A DNA stretch of 64,000 nucleotides from the NCBI GenBank assembly GCA_977862235.1, contig OZ374557.1:620001-684000 (forward strand). Reading direction: 5' to 3'. Shown one piece after another: positions 13,719-24,515 of this stretch. Within the stretch, counting starts at the first letter, position 1. Each line of letters begins with the position of its first letter. This stretch comes from Dudresnaya verticillata (lineage: Eukaryota). The position numbers were made by a program, and so were the translations under genes. The notes under the pieces were generated by a model. It had not been told where the DNA came from, searched no databases, and saw only the letters and a list, made by a program, of their open reading frames with translations.

Positions 13719-16700
13719 CCTTCAGTCTTGATGTTGAACTCAGCGGCGAAGAAAAGTCAGTAATGCTTCACAATGCTGTTCCGTGCGAGTGTGCGTGGGG
13801 AGTGTGCAGGTAGGCGAGCTTTTTCGCAGGGATTCGCGAGGTTCGTGTGGTTATATGCTATTCGAGCGCTCGGTTCGTCCCGCTTTGCGCGCGCTTTCCA
13901 GCTTTCGTCGCGTGTGCCAGTCTTGACGCTCGTCGGAGAAGGCCGGTGGGGCGCGTACGCGTAGCCACTTCAGTGGCATGGCCTTGTTCAAACTTGGCCC
14001 CATCAGACTGTACATATTATGTGGGGCGGGCCTCACACACACGCGCGCGCGTGGCGCCACTTGACGATGAACGGATCAACTGCGGATCACCTGCGTACGA
14101 TATGGGGCGAGTCAGCCGGCCTGGAAACGGCTGCTCACGGTATTTCGGTTGCTCAAACAGCCCAGAAAACGGGTCTCCAACAAGGGCGTACAACGCAGGT
14201 GCGGACTAGATTTTTTCTTTTGGGCAGGCCTGGATGTAATTCGGAACGCATTTTTGCAGAAGACTTGGTCGCGACCAAGTGAAACGCGCCTGAACACAAA
14301 TGGGCTGTAATTGTCGTCCTGACAGGACAATAGGGCTGCGGCTGCGTCCCAGCCACACCACCAATGCGTGGGGCCCTAATGACGTGTCGACATTAAGGTT
14401 CCTCGGCCAAGTGCCCGGGCGCTGAACCGCGGCTCACAGGCGTATGGGACAAATACCGGTGCAGTTGTGCAATTCTGAATACAACAGTCCAAAACCGCTT
14501 CAACATGACGAGCAGCGAGCTGGTCCCCGAGTACGCATACTTTACACGCGACCGGCTGCAGCCTTTCTCTCTCATAATCGACACAGCAGCTGTCGCGAAG
14601 TTTTCCGAGTGCCTCTCTAAGTGCTGCAACACGAATCATGATTCTCGGTGGAAAGTATACTTGTTGCTGCAATGACAAGCATGAATAGAAATTATCACAT
14701 CCCTACCCCGCAAAGTTTCGCGAAGCTTATCGGAGCGTCTCTGGTTTTTCTCACTCTCAATCGATGGAAGGTAGCTCGGGTAGCTACGCGTTTCTACAAA
14801 CGCAGCTGTGTGCAACCATGATTAGAAAATATGACACCCTATTATCCTGCCCTGCAGGACCACACTATGGTTGTACCGCACACACATGTGCAAATGTGCG
14901 CAACCATAGTGTGGCATACAGAGATCAAGCTGCACCTTATTGATATCAATGCATGCTGTTGTAACCAATGCTGAAGATAGCTCTTCGAAACACAGTCTTT
15001 GAGCTACGGATCGATAATTTCCGAACACTCAGTGTGCGACCAGTCTGGTCGTGGAAGGGACCTTTCCGGAAAGAAACTTGGCTTTCCAGCACAACTTACT
15101 GCCGTCCATGGAAGTGCACGTGAGCAAGCGGTACGCGTGTGGGCTAGGTCAACTGCGAAGGGCGGCTCGAGTTTCAATTCTGAATAGCTATTCTGTGGGA
15201 CGTGTCTGGGGCGCGCGTATGCTCGCCTCTTCGAATCCCGGGATTGTTGGGCCCAACTGAACATGAACTCAGTCGCGGCTGGGTACGTATCCGTGGATGT
15301 CCTATCGGGGCCCCGAACGATCGGTATCAGAGCATACAATACTTCGGTTCCATGGAAACACCCCAATGTTATCACGCGTGATATCACGCGTGGTTTATGC
15401 GAGCATGCCTGCTCCAAGTTTACGCAATTGCAAGTGCGACCTGTTCAAGGCCTTGGCCGGCCATGGCCTGCAATCCATGTGGCAAAAGTTTGTATACAAA
15501 AGGTATACCGCGGTACACTAGTGTACCGGGCTCGGAATAGAAATGTAAGTATACATTAGAGCGATGACTCCGGAGTCATGGCGGCCGCCATTCCATGACA
15601 TCATGCGCAATGCAGGCGTATCGATAGGTTTTTTGCACGCACGCAATTACAATTGGGAGTGCACCGTGGGGATCCACGGTGATCACCGTTTGCGAGTCCA
15701 CATAACTTCGTGTTCAATACGTTCAGTCGGAATAACTGTTCATTTGCAAGAGTACCTCTCGTGGGCGTGCGCTCACGCGACTGCATGCTGGCCTGCGAGG
15801 AGAAGCTGCTAGGAGCTTTTGGCTTCCACATAGTTAGACTGGTCCCAAAACCTCGGTAATAGCTATTCATTCAGCCTTCTGCGCCTTCTGCTGGGGATAA
15901 CGACTTCTGTACGCAATTGACATTGTTCCAAATAGGGAGAGGTAGGGTGATGCGGGAGCAACAGAAGTCGGACGAAATATACCTGCATGAGTTTGCCAAT
16001 AGCTATTCGGGTAGAGATGGGTTTTGTAGCCGCGCGAAGCCTATTTGTCCGAATTGAGCTCACCAGTTGCGTGCTCCAGTTTGTAAGACAATATATGCAG
16101 AATTCTATTACTCTGAAATTTGCTTATTCTGTCTTGAGATATGCAGAAGGAAAAAGTCGTCCTATTCGGATTAGCTCTTGAGTTTCGGTCGTAAGAAAAT
16201 CAGCCATTCTATAAGGAAACGTTTCTAGTTACATATGTTCTCTATGCCAAGTCACAGCCTGGTGGGCACCTTCGTACGGTAACAAAACGTAATGTCAAAA
16301 AGGGTGTACATTGCTGTGAACGTACAATTGGTCTGCCACCCAAAACATTACAAAAACTTTCAGTCTTTGGGGAATAGTATCCCGCTGCTCAGCCCGCGGG
16401 TTACTGAACCGTACTTTCAACGCGACCTTGCGGCTCTACAAGAGCAAAGGGCCACAATATTTCTTCGCACATACCCTATTTGAATGCTATACATCTCGAA
16501 TATCGCTTTGCTTTTGCTTTTGGAGGACATTTGTTAACAGCTTTTGCTCTCAGAGGAAAGTTCCAGAACAAGTCCTTGACAACGTTCTATGTACATTTTC
16601 CAAAACCGAGAAGATGTCATGAACAGGAAGTCTAAACGCTTTATGCAAAACAGGTCTAATGGGTTCCCGGAATACTTTTCTGCAAGTCTGTGCTGTTGAA

Positions 16701-17320
16701 ATGCTAAACTGAGCCTACATTAACGATAGAAGTGCGCCTGCTTGGATTGTGTGAGCCCCTTATGTTCAGCAATAGACTATTCCTTAGATTTGCCGTCTTT
16801 CTCAATAGTTCTTGTTCCTAAGCCAACTCTAATCCTTGCTGAGTCTCTTCCCATGTCTTTTCTATACCTTAAAGCCTATTCACATCACAAAACGCGGCCG
16901 TCGTGATGGGGTTGATAGCATCCTGGGTGGGGAGGGGAGTTATGATACGCTTTTATGCTCACTGTTTCCGGGATTTTTTGCCGGTAATTGCACTACCACA
17001 CTCACTCTGTACTGTTGAATTCAACGCGCCCTCGCACTACTGGGTGCCCCTCCGGCAAACCCCAACACAACCAAGCGAGAACAAGAAGAGAAACTCTGAG
17101 AGTTGAGACTCAACACACCGCGCGGTTTCTGCGCAACCAACACAAGGCGTTCCATGAGTGGACTCACACCGCCGGCCCCAGCAATCGATTAGTCCCACGT
17201 GCGCGCGCGCTTCTTCTGTATACGTTATCTGAATAGCTATTCGTGCAAAGTTGACCTCCCAAGTCGTACGCAGACGTCTGAAACTCCCATGCCTTGAAAG
17301 CGCAAACACTCAATCAAGGG

Positions 17321-19190
17321 ATGAATTCTTCAGCAATCGTTATCCCGGATACCAGAACCAACACTGATGAGCAAGAGGCAACAGTTCTTCACGGTTGTCT
17401 CACAGAATCTGAACACGCTGGCAACACCCGTGCCCTGGGAAAAGGATATTCGATGACTGTTGAGAGAGTTAGACATTCTGCATTGGACATTCACGGGAAT
17501 ATCTCAAACTTGCGTGTGCTTGCTCCAAACCGCATCCAGTTTTCCATCTCGGAGCGTGGAATGCAAGTGGCGCGGGACTAGGGGCATTTGATTTCTCGAG
17601 GCACAGTTGCGCGCGCGCGCCAGAATACCGTTAGTACAACTGGGAGGGGATGCTTTCATGCTATTCGAGCGTCCGTGAGACCACGTGTTGAGAGACAAAG
17701 ATGGAATAGAAAGGAATTTGTGAGCGAGGAAGAACGTTTGAAGAAAGCTGTGCATGTATGCTCACAGTTGCTGTCAAGGATCCACCAACAGGACCAGTCG
17801 CACCTGTTGAAGGCTATTCACTCGACGAGTAGAGGGCGTTTCTGCGGAATAATGACATCGCTAATGCTAGAACGCCTTGAATACTACGGCCATCTTGGCG
17901 TTCTGTGGCAGAGCATGGAAGGAAATTCAGCAAAGGTTTTGTCAATCACAATTACCTTGGATGGCACTGAAATACGGGCAGTGTGTTCTTGTGACCCAAT
18001 TGCACACAATAAATGTGAGCACGCAAAGGCATGTTTGGAGAACGGCCCGTTGTCAGGGTTTGTGCTGAATCAAATGGCTGAGCCGCGTCTTCACTCGCAC
18101 AGCTTTGGAAAAGTTTTAACTTCTGACACTGACTTCCCGGTAGTGCAATTGATACCTGCTTCATCGAATACAAGGTATGGATGGACAGTCTGGGTGGTGT
18201 TCGATGCTGGAAAAAGACTTTTCGTGCCTGTTTTGAGGAAACCAAAGAAGAGGTTTCAATGTCAGATGTGCCGACGCTCGAGTTACAAAAGAATGGCGTG
18301 CTCACATGAGCTTGCATGCTCTATTCATCTTCGGGACGTTCGAAGTTCTAGTCTCCGGGGACTACAGTACTCAGGATATGATGAACCCACAAGGCAGCGC
18401 GGCAACATAACAATGGACACATGTGAGCTGGAAAATTATTGTCCTATTCAGATTGAACGACCACTTTTTCCTTGCAAACGAGAAACTGAAGAGATGAGAA
18501 AGCTCGCAAGGAGAATAGACAATATTCGAGCTGGGAAAATCATGGTGTTGGTTGACTCACACATTGTATGCGACTCCTGCAGAGAATTGCAATTCCAAGG
18601 GGTCCCTGTCGACCGCACCGCTACACTGTTCACGCTGTCTCAAGGGGCGGTAGAAGTCGTGGTTCGAGACCATAACTGTACTAGGTGTCGTAACTTCTTG
18701 GCGTACAAAGGCCTTTTTGATGCGGTTTTTCCTGTTCGAAAGCACTCATTGTACACGACTGCACTGTTGTACACAATTGCAGATGGAGTGTTCAACTTGG
18801 CAATTCCGATAAGACCATCCTTTTCGTTCCTCAGCACAATTTCTCGTTCAGCAAGCAATGTAGAACGTTTGAACAAAAACTCGAATAGCAAATCAATTCC
18901 TATGAGAAGGAGAATAAGCGAGGCTTTCGGGCTTTTCATGATGACTCTGAGCATAATCGATGCGAAGCAGTTGTTTTAATGCGAGAAGTGTGACGTTCCC
19001 CTGACTGCTGAGGATGGGAGGCTATTAGGAACATCACCGGAAAATTCTGCAGGCTTGAGGAGATACAAGGGAGTCGTTATTCATGGCACCTCAGCCGGAA
19101 TAATACAGAAGCTTCCAGACTATGACAGGGACCTCTTCGTTATGGAAGGGACTGCAACAAAGAGGCAAAGGCTTGTAGTAGAATACGGCT
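17321..19190 (+). mobile_element. KDZ (Kyakuja/Dileera/Zisupton)-like transposase relic: SWIM-like finger, CxC cysteine clusters, start of catalytic domain
   Basis: One frame across stops at 17579 and 18977: CSCDPIAHNKCEH, CQMC..CSH, CDSC...DHNCTRC...YKG, then F*CEKC...VVIHGTSAG (resembling F.C..C...DG..G); truncated near 19190. Confidence 0.55.
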
Positions 19191-19209
19191 TGTTGTAGAA
19201 TACGAAGTT

Positions 19210-20170
19210 ATGGTGTTTAAGCATAACGACTTAGGCCAGAGATACCTTTGCTCCTGCAGGATGTCCGTCAGCTCTGGGTTTCCGTGTGCGAATATTGTTC
19301 GCGTTTCTGTCGTGTACCATGGACTGTTAGCTTCAAATACAACTGTGGGAACCGTCCTTTGGGCCGAGGGTAAGCATAGAGGACATGTTCCACCCGTACT
19401 GGAGCCGGATTGAAGGTGAATGGAGAGAAGATGATGCCCTACACCAGCGGCAACGCGTGAACCATCAGTGGCGCCGGTTCAATGGTCTTGACGGAGAACT
19501 AGGTGCAGTGCTGCTATCGTTGAGATCAGATGTTGCACGTCGGGCGGAAATAGGCTCGAGAGCAGCAATAATTGAGTCAGTAGCAGTAGGCGATGCAGAG
19601 AACGCGGAAAACACTTTGGCTCTACAAGAGAGGGCAGAAGCTACTCGGCACGTGACGTGGTCGAGTGCTAGTAGTTTGTGCAATGAAATGCACAGACTGG
19701 TCTATGCATCAGGCCCATCCAGAGTGCGAGATTTCATGTCATTCCTGAACTCCGGCCTCGACTTACTGCGCGACGGTCAGTCGCCGTTTCGGACGGGCGG
19801 CATGCACGGTACCGCACGTACTGAAGGCAACGCCGTAACACAACTGCGAGAGGTTTCCATTCATGGTTCTGGGGGTGTTGTGGTGCGAAACCCAAACGCT
19901 GTGCGAGGAAGGCGTGGCCAAGGTCGAAGGCGATTGCGTGGAGAGATAGAGCGCGCACCGAAACGGAGGAGACGTGGAGGTGGGGGAATAAGCAGCTCTC
20001 AAGAATTTACGGAACAAACGGACCGGGGTGATGCCGCCGGTCAAGCTATGACGTTTTGCGTGCGCTTCGTAACGACACCGGGCTTCGTGCCGCTGGCATT
20101 CACTCCAAGCGCTCTTCTTCACGTTTTTATGCAACTTTCGCGTGTGCCGCGTTGCAACTTATGTGCATGA
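19210..20170 (+). mobile_element. C-terminal fragment of a SWIM-zinc-finger (MULE-like) transposase
   Basis: YLCSCRMSVSSGFPCAN SWIM-like motif, then FHPYW and a basic tail RGRRGQGRRRLR...PKRRRR, over a frameshift. Confidence 0.45.
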
Positions 20171-20444
20171 GTATGCTATGCACAACTGCAACCAAATCGA
20201 TGCATGCGTACGCACAAAAAGCCGGGCAAACGCCACCGCTTAAATTAATGCTTGCCGGGACTCTGCCGCTGGCACAATCGTAGTAGATCCCACTCCTTGT
20301 GAACGAAAGGAGCTCCTTTCCTCTACTCGAGAAGAGTTATTCGCACTGCCATACTGAGCGCAAGTCCTGTGACCGAATATTGCCGGGCTCCCTGCCGCTG
20401 GCGCCACAAGATCCTTCCACATTTTCACCGCTCGCCCGCTCGTT

Positions 20445-22031
20445 TTAAAAGCGGTTGCACATTCGCATGGCACGCTCGTGGTCAATCGGCTGGATGTAGG
20501 CCACAGTCCGCTCCGAATTAAGGAACGTGACAATCACGTTATCCTGCCTTTGCAATGACACCGCTCGCCGCAACGTAAGGCGTTTGTCGTCATCAGAGTC
20601 GTGTAGCTTGGATTGCAACCAATCGAAAAACCTGCGACGATGTACCATTCCCAGATCCTGCAGGCGGTAGGTCACTGCGCTAAACTCAATAGACTGGTGG
20701 TGGTAGGTATTCTGCATGTGCTCTTGCACATCAGCCCACCATACTCCGAATGTCTCAGTAGACAGCCGTTCCATAGCCTCCGCGAAGTCGAGGCCTGGTT
20801 CCAGGTGGCTGTTATCCTCTTCCAGAACCGGAGTGCGCCTCCCGAGGGTCTTGAACTGAAGACAAAACCAATTGATCTGCATCAAAGCGCACTTGCGCAT
20901 CATGTCCCTACTCATGCGCCGATGCCCAGGGCGAACATGCGGCGGGAGGTCCCCGAAGCGCCCGCGATCACGCGCAGCGTCCATGCCAGAAAAAAACTGG
21001 CGGAACGCATGGGCCGGGCCTCCTCGACCCCTGCCGCGACCACGACCACGACCACGGCCCCTGCCAGTACCACGATCACTGCCACCCATCCCCCGTCCTG
21101 CACTGAAGCCTCCCCGCCAGCCTCCCCTTAAGCCAAAATGAGGCGGACCGAAATAGCTGTCATGTCCATGATCCAAGCGGTCGTGATGTGACGGTCCACT
21201 TTGAGCAGGCGGTCCATCGTTAAAGCGACTGGACAGACCATGGTTGTTGAAGCGAGGAGAGGGTGGGGCTCCTCTGCCAAACCAAGTTCCCCTCCCCCGC
21301 GGATGAAACCTTCCCTTACCACGACCACGGCCCCGTTGCGCAAAGTCCAACCTGCGAGTTGGGGGATTTTCTTGAAATGTACGACGTCCGCGCATCAGCA
21401 AGTCAGAAGGCAGCCGTGGCAAAGTAAAGTCAACGACCTCGTCGACCAAGTCGTTTGCAACACGTCTCTCCCGCTCCTCCTCGAGAACCGCCGGACACTC
21501 ACGCGATATTCGAACGCCTGAAGTCGGCGGTCTTGTACTCTGGGCAGCCATTCTTGTCGCCCCATCTCCATTTGGTGCAGCAGTCTCAGCGGGCTGGGAG
21601 GAAGTCCCAGGGATAGGAGCTACAGATGCTTGGATGTCCAGCAGGGCAGCGCCTTGCTGCAGTAATGGAATGAGGCCCGACGCGACAAGCGATGGCTGCA
21701 AACCTTGAACGAGAACCAGATTAATCGTACCGTTCACAGCAGGACCAGCAGCCTGCTGCTGGTACGCACCAGCAGCAGGTGCACCAGACATAAACAGCTG
21801 GCCCTGGTAGTTAACAAACGGCGTTCCTTGCATGCAGAGAGATGGACTCGGCATCGGCAGAAACGGCATCGGGTGAATCGGTTGACCTTGACTCGGCACT
21901 TGAATGGTTACCGTTTGCGGCTGTCCAGCAGGCAGGGAGGCGGTAGCGCTTCCCGGGGCACCATTGCGTAGCCCGGCTTGAACGCCAGTCAAGAATCCGA
22001 ATTGGATATTTGTCGCACGAGGATCTTGCAT
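20445..22031 (-). CDS. Hypothetical protein, about 528 aa: Q/P-rich N-terminus, RGG/RG-repeat middle, unrecognised C-terminal domain
   Basis: Uninterrupted ORF from ATG 22031 (MQDPRATNIQ...); RGRGRGRGRGRGGP tract. Confidence 0.5.
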   Translation of the reverse strand: MQDPRATNIQFGFLTGVQAGLRNGAPGSATASLPAGQPQTVTIQVPSQGQPIHPMPFLPMPSPSLCMQGTPFVNYQGQLFMSGAPAAGAYQQQAAGPAVNGTINLVLVQGLQPSLVASGLIPLLQQGAALLDIQASVAPIPGTSSQPAETAAPNGDGATRMAAQSTRPPTSGVRISRECPAVLEEERERRVANDLVDEVVDFTLPRLPSDLLMRGRRTFQENPPTRRLDFAQRGRGRGKGRFHPRGRGTWFGRGAPPSPRFNNHGLSSRFNDGPPAQSGPSHHDRLDHGHDSYFGPPHFGLRGGWRGGFSAGRGMGGSDRGTGRGRGRGRGRGRGRGGPAHAFRQFFSGMDAARDRGRFGDLPPHVRPGHRRMSRDMMRKCALMQINWFCLQFKTLGRRTPVLEEDNSHLEPGLDFAEAMERLSTETFGVWWADVQEHMQNTYHHQSIEFSAVTYRLQDLGMVHRRRFFDWLQSKLHDSDDDKRLTLRRAVSLQRQDNVIVTFLNSERTVAYIQPIDHERAMRMCNRF

Positions 22032-23325
22032 CGTAGGGCGGCTTGTGGCTTGATGACCGCGATCTCGATTTGGCCTTGTACAGGTGACGGTGTAGAGGCG
22101 CCGGCGGTGTACAGGCTGTGGCTGCTGCGTGTAGCGGCGGCGACGGCGTAGCAGCGATGTAGATTTGTCCTCGCGGTAGCGGCGGCGTAGAGGCGACGGC
22201 GGCGGACAGACGACGGAAGAGTACAGGACGTGGCGTCGTAGCGGCGGCGGCGGCGTAGCGGCGGCGGCGGAGCGGTTGTGGCGGCGTTGTCTGCGTAGAA
22301 CCCGCGGCGATCTTGTTTGCGTCGAGGGATTCGTGCCCAAGGCGCTCCTTGCCGTCTTGTACGACGGTTCTGTGTGGAGTTGGAGGGCGTTAGGGTTTTG
22401 ACAGTCGAGTTGGGGCGGGTGCGCTGTGTGTGCAGAGGTTATGTAGAGGTTGTCATGAACCGACGCGGCAGGTCCTAAATATCAACGCCCCGCTGCTGTG
22501 CTGGCGAGAAAAGCGAAGCGTGGGCGCGCCGTCGGCGACGGCGGCGATGGGTGGCGCGTCGAAGTGTGAGTTTGCTTCGGCGGCGGTGGGGTGGGTGGCG
22601 CGGCGAGAGACGTTTTAGGTGAGGCTGTCGCGGGTGGCAGGGTGGGAGGGGGTTTGGTGAGTCGGGCGTGTCCAAATCATCGCGGTTGATCCGGAGCACG
22701 CGTCCATATCGGGCGCGGGAGCGTGACTTTGGCCAGATCAAACGCAATGCCACGTCGTAACGCTCTGTGGGGCTGTTGGCCTGCAAGGCCTTGCGTGCAC
22801 GATGGCCGCAACCTCGGTGTGCGTCGTCGCTGCGATGCTCAATTGATAACTGCCAAGTGGTTACCTAACGGCGCAGCTATGACGTGGTATCGCCGCTGCG
22901 CAACACATGTCCTTTGACTGAGGAGGGAATTGTCCCATTGGTCAGTCTTTGAAATGCGCCGTGTCTGAGGACGGACCGCCGAGGTACTGACAAGTGTGCG
23001 TGGGAGTGAGGAGGGACCCCGCCGATTGGCCATAATTGGGTTTAATTTGTTATGATCTATACCCTCTACACGGGGGGTGCCGTGGCGCACGCCCGGAAAA
23101 TAAGGACAAATTTTTGGCAAAATTACCGAGTGCTTTAACGGGACCCACATTTAATATTACCCCAAGCCTAATTACAGTAACAAAAAGTGTTTCCAGTGCG
23201 GTCACACTAAATTTGCCAACCAATCCTGGGACGACCATAACACATCCAGATTACACCTGGAAAAATATTCAAGAGAGAAGGATTTAATACGGCTGTAAGC
23301 CATTTAGATCGCCAATACGACCGTT

Positions 23326-24321
23326 TTGTTAACATTAAGTGCGAACTTTGTGGAACGCGTTACAGTAGCAAAATATTATTCAAAAATCACCACTGTAAGC
23401 GGCACTTTCATTATTGACACTGAGGACCACGGACGCAGGATAACCCTCACCAAGCATGCGTTTCTTTCTCGAATCAAGGGGGCACTGGGCGTCAAAGAAT
23501 CAGTGAGCGAGTACCTCGCACGCGTTCCCGGTCAGTCCTTCAACATTCGTAAGCTTACCCACCTTAGGTTCATCGATGCCTTATACAGTTTTGCAGATAA
23601 TCACTGCTTTCGTCCTTTGTATGGCGTGCGGCGTCTTTGTATGACTGACCGCGGACGCCTAGACGCTTCACCGTATTCCCAAGGTGACCGGTTCTTCAGG
23701 ACGCCATTCTTTTGTATCGCGCCGAGCTTGTGTCCACTCAACACCGACGCGTTCAGCGAGCTAGAAATGCAAGAAGCACATCGGGCTGGCGCAATAGTCA
23801 ATCTGAAGTGGTCTCGATTCAGGCAACAGGCCTACATGGAAAGCGTACTTGCTGACTGCTCTCGCGATCGAGGCGAGGTCTTCCACCTTGATGGCTGTGG
23901 AAACCGTCCCTTAGTTCGCGAACTCGAGCGATTCCGAGTTTTCAACAAGAAGCCTTTCGTGCATGCGTCCCATGGAGAGACTCTGCGCTGCTCGATTGAA
24001 AACGCGATCTTTTGTCATGAAGATTATGGCTTTGACTATGCCTATGCAATGCTGCGGGCGACAACCTGGGATGCCAACAACTTCTCGACCTTTGGGGATG
24101 CACAGCGCTGGCTCGAGCGCAACCTAAGCCAGTCCGCGTTGCAAAGGTCGGACCTTCGCGAGGTCTTCGACTCTCATCGAGGGGGTATCTTCATCATTCG
24201 CCTTGTTGCCGTTGACTCCTGCGCCGATCCAATTGTCCACTTCATCGTCGCTCATAGCAATCGCTCCGTCATCTTCGATTCTCGCGAGAAGACAGCACCC
24301 GCCTTGATATTGACGCGGTAA
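23326..24321 (+). CDS. Hypothetical 331-aa ORF, possible C-terminal papain-like fold; start uncertain
   Basis: Long ORF of non-repetitive composition; LRCSIENA...VHFIV...IFDS spacing. Confidence 0.35.
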   Translation: MLTLSANFVERVTVAKYYSKITTVSGTFIIDTEDHGRRITLTKHAFLSRIKGALGVKESVSEYLARVPGQSFNIRKLTHLRFIDALYSFADNHCFRPLYGVRRLCMTDRGRLDASPYSQGDRFFRTPFFCIAPSLCPLNTDAFSELEMQEAHRAGAIVNLKWSRFRQQAYMESVLADCSRDRGEVFHLDGCGNRPLVRELERFRVFNKKPFVHASHGETLRCSIENAIFCHEDYGFDYAYAMLRATTWDANNFSTFGDAQRWLERNLSQSALQRSDLREVFDSHRGGIFIIRLVAVDSCADPIVHFIVAHSNRSVIFDSREKTAPALILTR

Positions 24322-24350
24322 TGAGCTGTCTTGGGGTCGGTGTATCTTCT

Positions 24351-24513
24351 TGTCAAGTTGATCAAGTTCGCAGACTGCAACTTCAAGTTGAAGGTGGTCC
24401 ATGGAAGGGCAGAAGGAACCGGAGGTCAAGGAAACGAAGGGGTTTGGCCTAGTTGTCATACTGTACTTGAGTAAAAGCGCGGTCTACTGTACTTGGCACC
24501 TTACAAGTTGACA
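24351..24513 (-). repeat. Candidate copia 3' LTR (163 bp)
   Basis: TGTCAA...TTGACA inverted termini immediately after the pol stop; no matching 5' copy seen. Confidence 0.55.
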
Positions 24514-24515
24514 CG

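Noticed and set aside
14300..17200. Cys-rich, coding-like degraded sequence
   Set aside because: No frame or motif could be supported; left unannotated
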